Source: Nitrospirales bacterium (GTDB lineage: Bacteria; Nitrospirota; Nitrospiria; Nitrospirales; UBA8639). Taken from it: a DNA stretch of 64,000 nt. Both the position numbers and the translations under genes were made by a program. Under the pieces are notes generated by a model, which did no database searches, was not told the origin of the DNA, and saw only the letters and a program-made list of their open reading frames with translations. This document shows, in pieces, positions 38,179-48,133 of this stretch (its first letter is position 1; each line of letters begins with the position of its first letter). The stretch is taken from the NCBI GenBank assembly GCA_965203295.1, contig CBDBCZ010000012.1, positions 352,001 to 416,000 on the forward strand, written 5' to 3'.

Positions 38179-39771
38179 CATTAGAAGGGGAGGTTTCGTG
38201 GCCCCCCTACACTAAACTCTCCCTTCTTGTTTAGTAGGGAAGATTTAGTTTTTTAGGGGGGGGGCACTAAACTCCCCCTTCTCAACAAGGAGGGGAGGTT
38301 TAGTGCCCCCCCTACACTAAACTTCCCCTTGTTTAGTAGGGAAGATTTAGGGGGGGGGGCACTAATCTCCCCCCTTCTCAACGAGAAGGAATGTTTAGTA
38401 GCCCCCCTACACTAAACTTTCCCTTGTTTAGTAAGGGGGGCACTAAACAGTAAACTCAACAAGAAGGAAACCTGCCCTTGTTAATAGGGAAGATTTAGGG
38501 TACTAAACAGTAAACTCAACAAGAAGGGAAGGTCTAGTGGCCTCTTTGATCACGTGGCACGCCTGCGTTAATTATGCATGGCGTAGATACTCATTATGGC
38601 GGCAGCTTGCTGCTTAAGCAGAACTTTCCAGAAGAGACAGTTGAAGGAGAAGAAAGGAAGAGGAACGTGGGCAGGAAGTGCTTTGAGCAAGTGAGAACAT
38701 TCTTGGTACAACTATATGTGGTGTAAAAAGCCTATGGTGTCAATAATTTTTCATTTCTACTATCATGGAAGAAGAAGCACAAGGGGAATGTAATGTCTGC
38801 TTAGAACCAGCTGTTACATGATCTTCTGTGAAGACTGTAAGAAGCCCTACTGCCAAGAGTGCAATAGCAGGAGACATGCCAAGCGACCAGGCCATTTGTA
38901 CCATAGGCTGTCCCAGCTTCCACTGCTGCCAAGACCTCCTGAAGGTATGCAGCTACAGATGTACCATATAAGCCAGTTTGAAGTGCAGGATAGAGTGCTG
39001 AGAGCTACACTACAATGTACACTAGATCTTGGGGTGTGAACAGCAAAAGAGGCGACAAGCTGTTCTGCACACAACGGTTGTGCCTGTTGTTTGTGACTGT
39101 CATCTACCGGACAATGGCAGCAGGATGGTACAGTGTACAGGCTGTCTGAAGTGGTACCATGTCAAGTGTGTTGTTGAACATGAAGATGAACTGAAGAGCA
39201 AAGATTAATTGGTTTTGTATGCAATGTTACTAAGGTCTTATCCCTTTATGCACACTTGTCACATTGTCATGTATAATATTATAGTGAAAATCGGTCATTT
39301 CATACAACAGGTACAAATTGCATTTAGGGTAGGGTGTAATGGAGAAGCGTAATTGAAAGGGGAACACAGAAGGGGTATAGCGGCTTTGTGCTGCGTAGAT
39401 GATCATGGACAGTGCTGCTGGGGAAATTATAGTGCCACCTGCTACTATATACCAATCAAATAAGATAAGATGGTAGTGTCTAGTTGAGAACAGTGGCCCC
39501 TCTCACTAAAACTTCCCTACTAAACAAGAAGGGGATGTTTAGTGTAGGGCCCCCACTAGACTTTTTCTTCTTGTTGGGAAGGGGGAGTTTAGTGGCCCCT
39601 CCCACTAAATCTTCCCTACTAAACAAGAAGGGGAAGTTTAGTGTAGGGGCGCCACTAAACCTCCCCTTCTTGTTGGAGTTTAGTGCCCCCCCATCCCCCA
39701 CTAAATCTTCCCTACTAAACAAGAAGGGGGAGTTTAGTGTAGAGGGGGCCACTAAACCTCCCCTTCTAATG
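38179..39771. mobile_element. Foldback-like element: long modular TIRs enclosing B-box and PHD-finger remnants
   Basis: Arms ~38179-38545 and ~39480-39771 are inverted arrays of CACTAAACTCCCCCTTCTTGTTTAGTAGGGAAGATTTAG units, with termini CATTAGAAGGGGAGG / CCTCCCCTTCTAATG. The interior + strand encodes CNVC..(frameshift)..FCEDCKKPYCQECNSRRH..H and QCTGCLKWYHVKC..WFCMQC. Confidence 0.75.
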
Positions 39772-40199
39772 GTTGGAAAGTGCATAAAAATAGTGACTTA
39801 TTGTACCAAACCCTAAATTTCGGCGCCTATTTCCTGCCTTGATATTTCTGCTTGCTATTTTTTGGTTGAATAGCGTCTCTCTCAGGGCCGCGGGGCGTCA
39901 GCAGTGGTATTTCGCCCTATTTGCTGACACAGAAACCACGCCATCGAATCGCAGTAGCGGTGCCTTCCCCTTTTCATGTCAGTAGTTCTAGCCCCCAGCC
40001 CGGTTACACCCCAATGCTTAAGGCTTGTACCTTACCCATCCACTTTGTCCACAGCTACTCATTCAATAGACATGGCGCAATGTTATGAATATGTATTATG
40101 AACTTCTACTTAACTGCAGTATTGTACGCCTAGACAGAAACCGACCGGTGTGGTGTGGCGATATTTACCAGTACTTGTACGAGCTTAGTTAAAGGTAAC

Positions 40200-40960
40200 A
40201 ATGCTTATTTTTGTATCTGTAGATTACGGTAACAGCGAGCTCTGTTTAGGCTTTTTATAGACCACCCGTCATATCTCCCTCTGATAGTCTAGACATTTAT
40301 ATCTGATCTACTTTTAGCTACTTTGGATTACTCTTTTTTTTTCAAATCTTGTTGTGTTGGGTGATTTCAACTTAGACTTTCTCCTCAGTCATCCCATCCT
40401 ATGTACTCCCACCTTTGTATTATTATGGACAGTTTTTTCTCGATCATGGAGGTGATTGATGTCTTTATCCATATCCGACAGCCATCTCTCTTTGTGTTTA
40501 GCTGTGTCTGCACCACAGGTCCTCTTAGACTATTCTGTTATGTCGTGCCTTGAAAGTTCTGATCACTGAGGACTATCAAAAAGCCTTTATACTCATCCCA
40601 TCCATTGTGGCAAAAGAGTCATCTGGAGATATTCCCATGCTAACTTTACTAAAGTGTAGCAAATGTTGGATGACCTGGACCTTGACAGTACTACTATTGA
40701 TGAAACTGCTACAGCTGCATGCATGGTCTCATTGGAGGGAAGCTTTCCTGTCTGTCACAGAGGAATGTGTTAAATTAAAAGCAGAACTAGCTAGTTCCCT
40801 GATAGAATGAATTTGCCTTGGCTGACTAAAGAAGTTATCGGTCATGAAGAAGAGAAACAACTACGACAAAAAAGCTAAGAGGTCTCAGAAAATCTGAGGA
40901 CTTTGAGATAAATGTCTGAGAAACAATGCTGTGTCTATGTTGTGGTTATTGAGTAAGTCA
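40200..40960 (+). mobile_element. Degenerate non-LTR (CR1/L2-like) endonuclease-region fragment
   Basis: Broken-frame motifs FYRPP, LGDFN, IWRYSHANF, NLPWLTKEV..MKKRN. Confidence 0.6.
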
Positions 40961-42063
40961 CGCAACCCAAAGTCCAAAAATAGGCAAATCCTTTTGGACA
41001 GCTATCCGGTAAATTGGGATTTTGTCTTGGTACTTTATAGATATCAAGAGCCACAACTTCTAACTACCACAGAGAATTGGGGACATGAACTGCTTCCCAA
41101 TTTTATCCCCATTATAATAAAGTGCACGCATTACTTTCTTGTGTTTTCACAATAAATTTTAGAGACAGCAGGTGGAAACATTATATGGGAATCAAACACT
41201 AATTTAAATGCATTACACAACCACAGTAGGCAAAACTACGTTTAGGGAACCATGTATGGAAAACTACCACTGCATGAAAACCCACTTGTACTGGTATATT
41301 ATACTTGAAGAATGCTAAGTGAGATATTCCAGAAGGCCTTGATAAATTATTCTTTTTTTTCCTACCTATTATTCTATTCTTTTTTTTCTTGAATGTCTTA
41401 CCTATTATCAGTCTTTTCATTCTAGTTTTTATTGCACCTATTATTCTCATAAAAATAATAGGAAAGTGAACCAGAACTGGTCCGGAAGAAGCGATTTAGC
41501 TATAGTGACACACCATGAATATACTGTACAAAACTTAGAAACGAGTAACATGGAATTACGCCAGCAATTACATGTACTTGGACGCAGGTTGCAAAGCAAT
41601 TAAGCATAATTATATTATCTTCCACAGGACGAATTCAATCATAATCTCAAAAGGGCTGTGACTCATGATCCATGTGATCCCAAAACTTACCCATTATTCT
41701 TTTTTGGGCCAAAATGACTACCTATTATTCTCAAATAATTCTTAATTCTTTTTGGTACCTATTATTCCCAAAATTATGCCAGCATAATCCATCAGGGCCT
41801 ATGTTCCAGGCTAATTTTAAATCAATCCATGTACAGATACACATGTGACATATACCAAGGGCAGTTACTGTGCAATAACCCACGCATTTAATTAAATTTT
41901 GCCGCCAGCCGCGGCGCACGCCTTACAGCGGATTTCATTTCCGTTCGAACACTAGCGTGCGTGGCGCGTTGCGTAATGATATTCACCGCGTGCACGTGAA
42001 GACAATTTCTGGCAAATTCTCAGTTATTGTCTGCAATCTGCCGAGTAATTTTCATGAAAAAAG

Positions 42064-43142
42064 ATGGAATTTCTCGATTCAGGCGCTTCTCATGTGTCAA
42101 GGTTGCTGGTGGCACAACCAACTCTCACTCAACCAATCGTTATTGCTGAGTCCGGATTGTCCCAATCAAGGGTACAGTTAGGCAGGGCAACTGGCAAGGT
42201 ACATTATTCAAACTATTAATTTTAGCGCATTGGGGATGTAGCTGGGCTAATGGATCAGACATTGAGCGTCTGGCCATGCAATACCGGTATGACGATATGC
42301 ACGTGTGGTGGGTATCAATTAGAATTTTACACCTACTGCAGGACTCAGAAGTCGCAATTACTGCCGTGAAGCCAACCTCAGATGTGTCCTACTCTCTAAA
42401 GGTGATTCATCGTGACAAAAAGTCGGAGTATTCTGTCCGAAAGTGGAGGGATGCCCACCTTACTCGCTTTGAATCTGTCATTGCCCTTAAGCGTAAGCTC
42501 AAGAAGAATTTCTCTGACATTTTGGGAGATGTTACAGAAGATGAAATAGAAATGGGATTTATTGAACCAGGCCATGGGGCAAAAGGAAAGCAGCAGTGGT
42601 TGATGGACACTGATGACCTTAGAGATATGTATAAGACTTACGAGGGGAAAAAAGACATCATGTTGTGGGTATACTTAGGCACCAAAAAGAGACCGCGATC
42701 ACCAGACCCCGAATCATCTTCGAAAAGTAGGAAGACGAAGTATGACGTGCATACTCATAAGATGCTAGAAGTAAAGGATATCGCTGATGATCTTGAAACC
42801 CGCCATGGAAGTGGCTATACTCCAGAACAATACAGTGTCTGGGCACACATGATCCATCTAAGGAAGCACCAGTCTCGTGATCATCCACCTGATAAACCGT
42901 TCTTTAGAGGATCAAAGAAACAGTCTACACCACGTGAGTGTGCTCAATCGACCCATTCCAGTAGCAGTACTAGTACTGGAGCACTTCCTACTGGTATTTC
43001 CCCTGGAAAGCGCATACAACTTCGTTCTCAGAGCATGCAGCAGCTAGAAATGTGGCATTCTCTGTATGAGAAGGGTGCTGTAGAAGAGGAGGAGTACAAA
43101 AAAGTGCAAGACAACATACTCAGTGACATCAAACGCTTTTAG
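42064..43142 (+). CDS. Transposon-borne protein of unknown function (~311 aa after splicing)
   Basis: Exon 42064-42198 (45 codons, AAG|GTAC), phase-0 GT-AG intron 42199-42341, exon 42342-43142 open to TAG. C-terminal QQLEMWHSLYEKGAVEEEEYKKVQDNIL resembles a SHOCT-type helical hairpin. Confidence 0.8.
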
Positions 43143-43254
43143 ATAGCTATGGCTAACACATCGAGACTATTGGGACACTTTATTATACTACACTGTGTAT
43201 GCCATAATCACTAGTCTAAGACATGTCATTGATTTTCATAACATTGTATCATGT

Positions 43255-44247
43255 TCACTCGGAATATCCAGCATGTGTGATCCAAGCTTGACACTGCTGA
43301 GGTGAAATAGACTGGAACGCTGCTCGGATAATGGGAAGGGGATCAGGAGTTGCTTGCAAGCAATCATCATGTCCTTTGAGGTAGCTTTTCACATAACTAA
43401 AAGCTTCTTCAATTGGCATTAGGTCCGGACTGTATGGAGGTAAAAACAGGAGAAGGACCCCAGATGCTTCGAAGAGCTCATGTATACTCTCTACATGGTG
43501 TATAGAGCAGTTGTCAAGGATGACCACTGAGTGAGGACTTGTGCCATCAAAAGGCTGTAATTGAGGGAGTAAACTACCCCTTATAAAGTCAAAGAAGATA
43601 TCAGAATCTACACTTCCATTAATTAGTTCTAATTCAACAATTCCTGTACAGTCCATGGCAGCAATTGCAGATATCCTGTGACCTCTACTCAGTCTACAGT
43701 GACTTTCTGCACGCAGTCCCCGCAAAGAATAGCCGAACTTCCTTATGTAATTGCGAGCATCACTACCCGTCTCATCTACGAATACAAATGCCTCTCTAGG
43801 AAAAGACAGAGCAGTTGCCATATACGTAGCTCGGTAGTCCATACTTCTTTGTGCTGCAACCAGTCGGATCTTTTTCCTTGTGAGACCATTTTTTCTGAGT
43901 ACTCGGCAAATTGTTGCTTCAGAAACATGCACTCCAGTTACTTCCTCCACTGCCTTGCATATTTCACCCAAGTAGTACGATGGAGTTTCCATTACCAATG
44001 CTACCACAAAAAATTCATGATGAACATCAAGGCACCTTTGGTTTTCACGTTGAGGCTGGTTGGAGGGCTCAACATCTCCTGTCTCCTCAAATCTCTTGAA
44101 TATCAGAGATGCTGTACTGTGAGCTATGCACAGATTGTCTGCTATCTGCCTGAAAGAATGTTCAAAGGCTATTCTTTGCCAGACAACTCTCCATCTGAGA
44201 TCCAACGAATAGGCAGCTTTCCTGCCGGGCTCTGCACTCCTGGCCAT
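43255..44247 (-). CDS. DD34E transposase (IS630/Tc1 family), ~330 aa
   Basis: N-terminal HTH (AYSLDLRWRVV..SFRQIADNL..VSEATICRVL), VFVDETG, VILDNCSIH, FLPPYSPDLMPIEE. 34 residues between the second D and the E. Confidence 0.96.
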   Translation of the reverse strand: MARSAEPGRKAAYSLDLRWRVVWQRIAFEHSFRQIADNLCIAHSTASLIFKRFEETGDVEPSNQPQRENQRCLDVHHEFFVVALVMETPSYYLGEICKAVEEVTGVHVSEATICRVLRKNGLTRKKIRLVAAQRSMDYRATYMATALSFPREAFVFVDETGSDARNYIRKFGYSLRGLRAESHCRLSRGHRISAIAAMDCTGIVELELINGSVDSDIFFDFIRGSLLPQLQPFDGTSPHSVVILDNCSIHHVESIHELFEASGVLLLFLPPYSPDLMPIEEAFSYVKSYLKGHDDCLQATPDPLPIIRAAFQSISPQQCQAWITHAGYSE

Positions 44248-45960
44248 CTGTCTGCAAATCAATAGGCAAATTCGCGGCAATGTTTCGAACACACGCCAAT
44301 CAAATGTTTTGACGGAAATGTTATGAATATAATTATTAATTATTACGCCACGCGATACGCGTATCCGCTGCGTTTGAACGGAACCAAAATCCGCTGTAAC
44401 TGAATAATGCGGTCAATTTCCATTACAGGAGGGATTTACCGCGAATGTAAGGCTTACGTGTTTCGAGCTGGTAAGTGAATATAGGGCTTAGAGCCTGTAC
44501 GGTGGAAAGACTGACAAATTATTGTTTCTGGGCTTTCTTCCGTCTTTATACTCTAACCCTGCATAGTTTTTGCGGCCTTCCATAATTTGCTGTGTTGTCG
44601 GGCTATGAGCGTCAAAACCGTACATAATCATGAATTTTTAAAAGGGCGAGCGACTGCCCAGGGTCCGGTGGGAGAGGGGTAATTATTTATTTAATATGTC
44701 AGCCACAGCAAGTATCGCGTACAGCATGAAAGAAAGTTGGGTTTCCATATATAATGACCTCCTTTGACACGCCTCCCTCTCCTAAAGTGTACTCTTGTAT
44801 GTGTAGCTATATATGAGATGGGTAGGCACCTGCATGGTCACTCCTACAGTCCTAGACTCGTTCCCGCAACTGAACTGCAGGCGCCCGGGACTGGGAATGA
44901 GGTTAGTCACTCCTACACGGTGGGCACATACATATAGGGTTATCAGTAAGGTAACTTACAACACCCATTAGGTACAGTACTGTTGCACATTGTGCATCGT
45001 TCCCTATATCATATGTCTTACTGCTTCATGTATACATAACATCTATAGCAAGCTCCAGTTTTTTAATTGTTTATTGTTGAAGTAACGGCATGCTTATGTT
45101 TGAACTCTTCTGTAGTTGCATGGTTATAGCAGATGTTGACCTATTAGTGATCTCATTTTAATTGGCTTACAGCACTAGACTGAGAGGCGATAGGCTACAG
45201 GATATTACTATTACTGTTATTGGATTATAGAAGTAGGTAATAACATGCTAGAGTAAGCAGTATTACCAAACATGTACTTGATAGTAGTAAGGCCTTCAAT
45301 TGCATAACTATGAAATGAATATCAGTCACGAACATATCTGCATACACACTACCATACAAGTTGCCAGCCTTACTCAATCTTAACTGCACTGTAGCTGGTA
45401 GCCACACAGTAGGGTGATGAACCTGCATGGTCCACAGACTTCTCAAAAATAATAGTTTAATTTGCAGGTCCAGTGCCACTCTCTGTATGCCTCAATTTTT
45501 GTGTTGGGGAATTGGAAATACGACTCTCCAGATTGTATACTGTTCTTTTGTGTTACATGTGCAAGGGGAGTTACCGTGGGCTATACATAGACCTTGCCAA
45601 ACACATGCACCTCTTTTATCCCTACCTTAGAGACGCCTCATGTTAAGACATAAATGGTTTGATTACACGCCAAGTCTTCCCACCCATCTGTATAGCAGAC
45701 TAGTAATATTAACCTGGTGTGGTGCCCTTCACATGACTGCCTGCATACCTGTCTGTAAACACAAAATATCATGAACTCTTGCTAAGTGCAATTAAAATTC
45801 CATGTTTGAAGGTATTGAAACCACATCTGGAATATCTCCAGTTCTGTAATGTGATAGTACTTGAATGAAATGCTTGCGTTATGACCATGAATGGCATGCT
45901 GTGTGATGATACATTTGAAGCCTGTAAAGTATGTCACTTTATTATACAGCAGAAAGCTGA

Positions 45961-47019
45961 TTACATTGCATTTGTGGACATGTTCATGGCACTGCAGTCT
46001 TGGATTCTTTCCAATACAACTCCAAGTCGGGACAAAAATTCTTTTCGCTCTGCACTATTAAGCTTCCTCACAGATGAATACGATCTATTATCAGTACTGT
46101 GTATATGCTCTTCCAGTATGATGTCACCTTGCCCAGAGCTATGCAGCCACTCTATTGCTTCTATAGTACTTCTTCTAAACAGACATATTCTTTGGAGAAA
46201 GAATACTTGAAGTTGATAGTTTGATGGTTTCTTATTTGCAGATACATACCCAATCCAAAATCCAGACTCATTGTCGATAAGAAGTAGATTACCAGACTGT
46301 GATCTCTCCAGGTTTTGGATGCACTTTTCCATCATATGCGGATTCCATTGGAGGTTCAGAAGGTTACTGAACAATCTATCAGTGTGTCCAATAATAAAGT
46401 CAAACACGATCATATCTGTCCATTGCATAAGTACCATTTGGTCAGAGGCACTAATATTATTCATACTTTCAAGGTCCAGCACTGTATCTTCTGGTTTGAG
46501 CAAGTTCGGCATGTATACCTTTTCTAGTCCATCAATATATAGTACCATCACGACAGGACTTCCATCTTCCCAACCGGCCTCTATAGCTGTATTGGCGACG
46601 TTTGTCCACTGGCTGCTGGAAAAATCAACCTTTACGATTGTAGTAGGGGAAGCATTCCACATCCGCAAGAGATCGTTGAAGTGATAAGAGTACAAGTCTC
46701 CGCGCAATTCATTTTTGTTGTCCCTGTAGCGGCAGCAAACCTTCGTACCGTCTTCTAGTACAGCTAGTCGGTTCTTCATCCGTCCACAGCCCATTTGTAA
46801 ACTTACCACGCGGAGAGTTGTAGCCTTTCTTCTAAATCTTTCTCCTTCCTCTTCGCTAAATAGTCGTTGCATTTTTTTCTCGACATCACTGCTCCAGTAC
46901 ACATCGTTTGGTAGAGGCAATTGCTTGTTGCTCGCAGTATTCACTTCACCCGTCGTCAAGACAAATGCAATGGCGAGATTTAATAGTATCAGAGCAGGAC
47001 CCATAACAATAGCTTGCAT
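45961..47019 (-). CDS. FJX1: Four-jointed box kinase (Fam20/Fj family), single coding exon, 352 aa
   Basis: N-terminal hydrophobic signal/anchor; motifs CGRMKNRLA..DGTKVCCRYR, QWTDMIVFDFIIGHTDR, LLLIDNESG, LQRICLFRRST typical of four-jointed. Confidence 0.92.
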   Translation of the reverse strand: MQAIVMGPALILLNLAIAFVLTTGEVNTASNKQLPLPNDVYWSSDVEKKMQRLFSEEEGERFRRKATTLRVVSLQMGCGRMKNRLAVLEDGTKVCCRYRDNKNELRGDLYSYHFNDLLRMWNASPTTIVKVDFSSSQWTNVANTAIEAGWEDGSPVVMVLYIDGLEKVYMPNLLKPEDTVLDLESMNNISASDQMVLMQWTDMIVFDFIIGHTDRLFSNLLNLQWNPHMMEKCIQNLERSQSGNLLLIDNESGFWIGYVSANKKPSNYQLQVFFLQRICLFRRSTIEAIEWLHSSGQGDIILEEHIHSTDNRSYSSVRKLNSAERKEFLSRLGVVLERIQDCSAMNMSTNAM

Positions 47020-47580
47020 TGCCGTCTACTGGTCTGAAATGTAGCTACATCGCTACATGCAGGTACTGTTCAGAAGGTAGTAAACTGAGACATGCAGCCA
47101 TACAACTGTCACATATCGAAAATTCCGACATAAATGATATGATTGCCCGAAATATGTGCTCGTACAAAATTAATTAGGTTGGAGAAGTCTAGTCTACTGT
47201 AGCATTATTTTACTACCTGTACTTATTAGTATGCATGATCAGGATTCAGCTGTGATTTGGAAGATAATAAGCGCACGAGCACTAGGCAAACACAAGCCAA
47301 GTGCTGCTATTATATAAAAGGACAAAAACTATGTAAAAATTAAGCTATAGGTGCTACTATTGTAAGTTGGAGGATCAATCATGCATGCCCTTGCTATCCT
47401 ACTCTTCATTGGAAGGATATCATAAGGAACCAACTCCCTCCCCCCTTCTTTCTCTACTTTATATTCTCTTCCTATTCACAGGTGGCTCCTTATGAATTCA
47501 GAAAACATTGCAAACTCTTCAAGAGATGATAAGCTTCCTGAGAGAGAGTAAAGAAATCCAAAACAAACATAAATAAAATA

Positions 47581-47657
47581 CAGGACCCAGCTGGGGATTG
47601 AACCCAGGACCTACTGAATACTAGTCAGATGCTGTTACCACTGAGCTACTGGAGCCC
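47581..47657 (-). pseudogene. tRNA-derived SINE head / tRNA(Thr-AGT)-like pseudogene
   Basis: Minus strand GGGCTCCAGTAGCTCAGTGGTAACAGCATCTGACTAGTATTCAGTAGGTCCTGGGTTCAATCCCCAGCTGG has A box, B box and an AGT loop, but the acceptor stem pairs poorly. Confidence 0.7.
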
Positions 47658-48133
47658 CTTGGCAAAGGAGCAGTAGGCAAGCTTTATATAGCCACTAAAC
47701 CCACTAGTAGCGCTCGTTAGTAGGACCCAGCCAATTCCAACTGTAATTACTCTCTCATTAGGCCTCTCCCCCATCTCCTAAACATGCAAGAGCACAAGAG
47801 CAGATACAGATTGCACTATCCTCTTCGTATACTTCCCCAGAATAGTCAATTGTACATGTACTACTAGATTTCCTTCAATGAAATGTCAAAGCCGTAAGTA
47901 GAACGAGAAAAAGCCCTATTGTACATGTAGCTGGCTACAGTTTAATAAGTAATTAAGTCCTAGACCCTCCCACATCTTAATAATGAGAGAAGAACTGCTA
48001 CCTGGTCAATATTCATAGACAAAAATTAATACTGTTGTGTGGGGTTACGCAACAAACCTAAAATTCACAAAGACATGCTAAAATGATCACCCTTTCTCAA
48101 GTTACATACATTAATACAAAGTATGACATAAAT

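Larger units (their letters stand above)
41926..44396. mobile_element. Intact two-gene IS630-Tc1-mariner (DD34E) transposon
   Basis: TA|CAGCGGATTTCATTTCCGTTCGAACAC ... GCGTTTGAACGGAACCAAAATCCGCTG|TA (27-bp TIRs, 5 mismatches; TA at 41924-25 and 44397-98). Encloses two convergent uninterrupted ORFs. Confidence 0.9.

Noticed and set aside
38179..39771. CRISPR-like array
   Set aside because: Units are degenerate, lack unique constant-length spacers and form inverted arms; no cas genes; eukaryotic context.
42064..43142. Partner ORF as a Fanzor/TnpB RNA-guided nuclease
   Set aside because: No RuvC D-E-D motifs or CxxC zinc finger are visible, the protein is short, and its 3' end abuts the transposase rather than a TIR-proximal non-coding RNA region.
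43678..44265. 195-aa + strand ORF
   Set aside because: Antisense shadow of the transposase, with a non-ATG start and no recognisable motifs.
46271..46684. 137-aa + strand ORF
   Set aside because: Antisense shadow of the four-jointed CDS.
47581..47657. Functional tRNA-Thr gene
   Set aside because: Acceptor and anticodon stems are imperfect, so it was called a SINE head/pseudogene instead.
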